NCBI GenBank assembly: GCA_031414315.1
Contig: JANNVF010000446.1
Location: forward strand, 1-36,435
Length of the DNA stretch: 36,435 bases
From: Hyphomonadaceae bacterium
GTDB lineage: Bacteria > Pseudomonadota > Alphaproteobacteria > Caulobacterales > Aquidulcibacteraceae
Direction of reading: 5' to 3'
Shown piece by piece: positions 32,584 through 36,435 of this stretch. The stretch's first letter is position 1, and every line of letters starts with the position of its first letter. The notes under the pieces were generated by a model. That model made no database searches, was not told where the DNA came from, and saw only the letters and a program-made list of their open reading frames with translations. The position numbers were made by a program, and so were the translations under genes.

Positions 32584-33375
32584 CTATTCGCCGGTGAAGT
32601 TGGGTTTGCGCTTCTGCGCGAACGCCATGACGCCTTCGGCGAAATCGCTCGTGTTGCCGAGTTCGTGTTGCACGCGGCGCTCCAGATCGAGTTGGGACAC
32701 CAGGTCGTTGTCCATCGCCACCGCCAGCACTTCGCGGGTGCGCACGAGGCCCTTCGTCGGACCGTTGGCAAGGCGCGTGGCGATCTCGTGCGCCTTGGGC
32801 ATGAGTTCGGCGTCCTCGACCGCCGACCAGATCAGGCCCCACTTCTCCGCGTCCTCCGCACTCAGCCGATCGCCAAGCAGTGCAAGCCCCTTCGCGCGCG
32901 CCGCGCCGACGAGACGCGGCAGATGCCACGAGCACCCCATGTCCGGCACAAGGCCGAGCTGCGGCGCAAACACCTGGATGAACTTCGCGGACTTCGCCGC
33001 GATCACGATGTCGCACGCGAGCGCCACGCCCACGCCGCCGCCCGCCGCCGTGCCGTTGACCGCCGCCACCGTGGGCTTCGGAAAGTGTGCGATGTCGCGC
33101 GCGAAGGGGTTGAAGTGCGAGGTCATGCCGTCGCTCACCGCGTGCCCGCGCGAGAGCGGCGCCTTGCCGGGCGGCTGCAGCAGATCGGCGCCCGCGCAGA
33201 AGCCGCGTCCCGCGCCGGTGATGATCAGCGCGCGCACGTCTTTGTCCACCGACGCCGCCGCCATCGCGTCTCGCATCTCGTCCATGAGATCGCGGGTCAG
33301 CGCATTGAGCGCTTCAGGGCGATTGAGCGTAAGGGTGAGCACGCCATCGGCGCGCGACTGGAGGATGTTCGTCAT
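32584..33375 (-). CDS. enoyl-CoA hydratase/isomerase family protein
   Basis: ATG 33375 inside track ORF 32584..33567. Crotonase motifs LNRPEALNAL and ITGAGRGFCAGADL. Confidence 0.92.
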   Translation of the reverse strand: MTNILQSRADGVLTLTLNRPEALNALTRDLMDEMRDAMAAASVDKDVRALIITGAGRGFCAGADLLQPPGKAPLSRGHAVSDGMTSHFNPFARDIAHFPKPTVAAVNGTAAGGGVGVALACDIVIAAKSAKFIQVFAPQLGLVPDMGCSWHLPRLVGAARAKGLALLGDRLSAEDAEKWGLIWSAVEDAELMPKAHEIATRLANGPTKGLVRTREVLAVAMDNDLVSQLDLERRVQHELGNTSDFAEGVMAFAQKRKPNFTGE

Positions 33376-33407
33376 GATCTCACATTCTCGCTTCCTGGCA
33401 CGACACT

Positions 33408-33710
33408 TCAGGCGCGCCGCGCCGGAAGCCCATGCATGATAACAATTGCGGCCTCGGATCCCGCGCGGCGGTGTCGCGCGAGATCCTGATACTCCGCCGA
33501 GTCCCACCACGCGCGGCACGCCGCCTCGTCCGAAAAGCTGATGAGCACGCACCGCGTGCCGCGCCATTCGCCCTCAAGCACGGTGGGCTGTTCGTCCACT
33601 GCAAGCATGGTCCCGCCGTACTTCACGAACACGGTCATGAACCCCGCTTCGTAGCGGCCGTACGCTTCGCGATCATGGATCGTGAGTTGCGCCGTGACGT
33701 AGACGGTCAT
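33408..33710 (-). CDS. DUF1330 domain-containing protein
   Basis: Last 100 aa of track ORF 33408..34343. MTVYVTAQLTIHDREAYGRYEAGF...FSDEAACRAWWDSAEYQDL. ATGA overlap with the upstream dehydrogenase stop. Confidence 0.88.
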   Translation of the reverse strand: MTVYVTAQLTIHDREAYGRYEAGFMTVFVKYGGTMLAVDEQPTVLEGEWRGTRCVLISFSDEAACRAWWDSAEYQDLARHRRAGSEAAIVIMHGLPARRA

Positions 33711-35041
33711 TTCCGCTTCTTCGCCGCCTTCTCCGCGTCCCACTGCACGTCGAGTTCGGCGAACTCCTTCCGGCGCGGACCCATGTAGCCGAACAGGTGG
33801 CCGGCGACCTTGCGGATCTGGATCTCCTCCGAGCCTTCGGTGATGCGGTAGCGGCGGTGGTGGCGGTAGATGTGCTCGAACGGCTTGTGGCGCGAGTAGC
33901 CGATGCCGCCGTGAACTTGAATTGCCCGGTCGGCCGCTTCGCAGCACAGCCGGTTTGCCCAGTAGTTGCACATCGACACCTTGTCGGAGAGTCGCTTCTC
34001 GACCTCGGGCTTTGGCATCTGGTCCATCTCCCAGGCCGTCTTGAAGATCAGCAGGCGCAGCATCTCCGTCTGGGTGGCGAGTTCGACCAGCGGAAACTGG
34101 ATGGCCTGGTTGCGGGCCAGCGCCTCGCCGAAGGGCTTCCGCTTGCGGGCGTACTTCACGCTCTCCTCGATGCAGAACATCGCCGCGCCGCAGGATGAGG
34201 CCGCCTGCCGGATGCGGTTCTCGTGGACAAAATGCTGCGCCAGCGAAAGGCCGCCGCCGAGCTTCCCGAAAATCGCCGATTCCGGCACCCAGACGTTGGT
34301 GATCGACAGCCGCGGGTGATCCGTCGGCATGTTGAACGTCCACATGTACTCTTCAATCTTCACGCCCGGATCCTTGGCCGGCGTGATGAAGCAGGTGATC
34401 CCCGCCGCGTCCCCGTCATTCCCGCCGGTGCGCGCAAACAGCATGATGTGCGTCGCGACGTGCATCCCGGTGATCCACATCTTGTCGCCATCGATGCGGT
34501 AGCCCTTCACGCCATTGCGCGTCTCCTCGACGGCGCGGGTCTCCATGTGGGTGGCGTCGGAGCCGTGCTCGGGCTCGGTCAGGCCGAAGGCGGCGATGTA
34601 GGTGCCGTCGAAGCTGCCGGGGATGAACTTCTTCTTCTGCTCCTCGGTCCCAAAGTCTCGCAGCATCAGCACGCCGGGCATGTTGCCGACGATGGAGTGC
34701 TCGTTCTGCAGGTCGTTGTGGAGGCCGAGGCCTTTCTTGGCGAGGTGCTCGCGGATGATCGCCATCCCGAGATTGGTGCCGTCCTGGCCGCCGAATTCCT
34801 TCGGCAGCGCGTAGCGCAGGTGGCCGGCCTTGTCGGCGCGCTTGCGGGCCTCGCGCAGCAGCAGCTCCCAGTCATGGCGTGGCAGGCCCTGGTTCTCGAA
34901 GTCAGTCCGCGCCCATTCGCGGCGGTGATCGAAGAAGCGCTCGTTGTCGTCTTGCGCCTGCAACGGCTTGATTTCGTCCTCGATGAACTTGTCGAGCACC
35001 ACGAGATAGTCGGCGATCGCCTTCGGAATACCGAAATCCAT
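33707..35041 (-). CDS. acyl-CoA dehydrogenase family protein
   Basis: ATG 35041 inside track ORF 33707..35131. Motifs: AAFGLTEPEHGSDA, WITGMH, IQVHGGIGYS, YRITEGSEEIQ. Confidence 0.93.
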   Translation of the reverse strand: MDFGIPKAIADYLVVLDKFIEDEIKPLQAQDDNERFFDHRREWARTDFENQGLPRHDWELLLREARKRADKAGHLRYALPKEFGGQDGTNLGMAIIREHLAKKGLGLHNDLQNEHSIVGNMPGVLMLRDFGTEEQKKKFIPGSFDGTYIAAFGLTEPEHGSDATHMETRAVEETRNGVKGYRIDGDKMWITGMHVATHIMLFARTGGNDGDAAGITCFITPAKDPGVKIEEYMWTFNMPTDHPRLSITNVWVPESAIFGKLGGGLSLAQHFVHENRIRQAASSCGAAMFCIEESVKYARKRKPFGEALARNQAIQFPLVELATQTEMLRLLIFKTAWEMDQMPKPEVEKRLSDKVSMCNYWANRLCCEAADRAIQVHGGIGYSRHKPFEHIYRHHRRYRITEGSEEIQIRKVAGHLFGYMGPRRKEFAELDVQWDAEKAAKKRK

Positions 35042-35150
35042 GACGTAAACTCTCCAATGATCGGTGACGCTCTGTCGTTGGTCGCGGCGAGATTGCCGGA
35101 GGGCCGCGGGCGCCTTCAGGTGCGCGCCCACGGTTCAGGGGAGAAGCGTC

Positions 35151-35696
35151 ATGGTCAAGCCTGTCGTCGCGGTAGTCGTGACACTTCTTTGCATGAGCGC
35201 GCCCAGCGCTGCGTCAGCACAGACCGCGCCGCCCCCTCCGCCGGGCTATGCGTGCACGGCGCCGGAGCACCGCGCGTTCGATTTCTGGGTCGGTTCGTGG
35301 GAGGCCTATGTCACCGGGAGCAACAACGTTGCGGGCGCCAGCCTCATCGAAAAGCGCGACGGCGGCTGCGTGATCACCGAGCGCTGGACCAGCGTCGGCA
35401 CGCCCTATTCCGGCGGCAGCCTCAACATGTACGACACGACCGCCCGGAAATGGGTGCAGGTCTGGATGGACAGCGGCGGCGAGGTCACCCGCTTCGAGGG
35501 CGGCCCGACGCCCACCGGCATGATGCTGACCGCCCCGGACGAGGCCAATCCCAATCGCCCCGGCCGCACCACCCTGCGCATGACGTTTACCCGCCAGCCG
35601 GACGGATCGGTTCGTCAGCTGGGCGAGATCTCTCCGGATCGCGGCGTCTCGTGGACCACCAGCTACGACTTCACCTACCGCCTGAAACCGGGCTGA
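35151..35696 (+). CDS. secreted protein of unknown function (beta-rich)
   Basis: ATG 35151 inside track ORF 35064..35696. Signal peptide MVKPVVAVVVTLLCMSAPSAASA, followed by FDFWVGSWEAYV...DGGCVITERW. I do not assign a family. Confidence 0.75.
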   Translation: MVKPVVAVVVTLLCMSAPSAASAQTAPPPPPGYACTAPEHRAFDFWVGSWEAYVTGSNNVAGASLIEKRDGGCVITERWTSVGTPYSGGSLNMYDTTARKWVQVWMDSGGEVTRFEGGPTPTGMMLTAPDEANPNRPGRTTLRMTFTRQPDGSVRQLGEISPDRGVSWTTSYDFTYRLKPG

Positions 35697-35861
35697 AACG
35701 CATCACCGTTATGTGATACTGGAATACTAAACATTTTCGGTTGTATTCAATTTTCCGCTTGCGCGCGCTTAAGGCATGGGTAAAGTGTCCTTGTGTGTTG
35801 CGTGACGTGTCCGTCAACTTTGATTGACCTCCCAGACCCGTCACAACTGGAGGCTCCCCCT

Positions 35862-36182
35862 ATGTCCAAAATGAAAATCGCGTTCGCTGCCGTCGCCGCC
35901 CTCGGCCTGCTCGCGGGCGTCGCCTACGCCAAGACCGCCGTCACAGCCACGCTGGCCGCCCCGGCCGCACAGACCCAGGTCATCGCCAGCGGCGTGGTCT
36001 GGACCTGCGCCGGCGACAGCTGCCAGGCCAAACTCGAGCGTGCGCCGACCGCGCGTGTGTGCATGGAGCTGGCCCGCGAAGTTGGTCAGGTCACGGCGTT
36101 CGGCTCGCTCAGCGCCGAAGACGTCGCCCGCTGCAACACCCGCGCGGCCGCCCCGGCCGCGACGGCAGTTGCACAGCGTTAG
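35862..36182 (+). CDS. small secreted Cys-containing protein (106 aa)
   Basis: ATG 35862 (CTGGAGG upstream). Signal peptide MSKMKIAFAAVAALGLLAGVAYA. The mature part has four Cys (WTCAGDSCQA...RVCMEL...ARCN). Confidence 0.75.
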   Translation: MSKMKIAFAAVAALGLLAGVAYAKTAVTATLAAPAAQTQVIASGVVWTCAGDSCQAKLERAPTARVCMELAREVGQVTAFGSLSAEDVARCNTRAAAPAATAVAQR

Positions 36183-36215
36183 ATCCCGCCAACCTCCCCT
36201 AAGGTTGTGGACACT

Positions 36216-36250
36216 GCGGCGCGGGACCTTGAGGTCTCGCGCCGCTTTTC
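36216..36250 (+). terminator. intrinsic terminator after the small secreted protein gene
   Basis: GCGGCGCGGGACC ttga GGTCTCGCGCCGC TTTT, with one G-U pair. Confidence 0.7.
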
Positions 36251-36289
36251 TGTGGCGAATGCGTAACACCTTGGCGGCGTGCGCGGTCT

Positions 36290-36435
36290 ATTCACGACCG
36301 ATTGTCCGTTCCCGTCGCGGGGCCCCGGGCGCCCGCCGGGGCGCGCCCCCCCCAGGGTGGGGGGGAAGCCCCCCCGCCAGGGCCCACCCCCCGCGCAGCC
36401 GCGCAAAAAAGAAAACCCCACCCCCCCCACACCCC
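36290..36435. other. G/C homopolymer-rich low-complexity tail, probable contig-end or assembly artefact
   Basis: Runs such as CCCCCCCC, GGGGGGG, CCCCCCC, AAAAAA and CCCCCCCC lie close together, with no ORF or structure. Confidence 0.55.

Noticed and set aside
34223-35716. 497-aa plus-strand ORF
   Set aside because: It is antisense to the acyl-CoA dehydrogenase gene and out of frame with the secreted protein gene at 35151.

Overview
High-GC (roughly 65-70% by eye) chromosomal segment that looks alphaproteobacterial. Supporting signs are the fdxA/cdnL/rpoH neighbourhood, GANTC clusters and frequent ATGA-coupled operons. Both strands are tightly packed with core genes:
- a nitroreductase-like Tat lipoprotein with MarR
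- an SPFH/NfeD pair
- two TetR units
- peroxiredoxin, YqgE/AlgH, SelO, PhoX and tRNA-Arg(CCU)
- a thermonuclease lipoprotein
- rpoH, a TMEM175-type channel and cdnL
- a fully overlap-coupled helicase-S4-fdxA string
- a TonB-dependent receptor, rpmB, and cobT with a phytase-like esterase
- a CHAP-domain protein
- an acyl-CoA dehydrogenase/DUF1330/enoyl-CoA hydratase operon
- two small secreted proteins

Two places are not ordinary.
1. A translationally coupled pair at 12.7-14.4 kb. It encodes a membrane-anchored PA-IL/LecA-like lectin protein with a long proline-rich stalk, followed by an unrecognisable 188-aa cytoplasmic protein.
2. A ~3.5 kb accessory patch at about 24.0-27.5 kb.
   - A ~1.1 kb insert of about 50% GC carries one orphan polytopic membrane protein. 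It is bracketed by ~95-bp imperfect direct repeats that copy the last codons and terminator of the TonB receptor gene.
   - An XRE regulator gene is broken across three reading frames.
   - The patch also holds an NTF2-like gene, a repeat-rich 390-bp spacer with an orphan terminator, and an arginine-rich unknown protein.

I saw no rRNA, CRISPR array, transposase, integrase or recognisable defence/toxin gene. Many of the long ORFs in the supplied track are antisense or alternate-frame shadows typical of high-GC DNA. The last ~150 bp is G/C homopolymer-rich and looks like a contig-end artefact. All family assignments come from motif recognition by eye and need HMM or BLAST confirmation.
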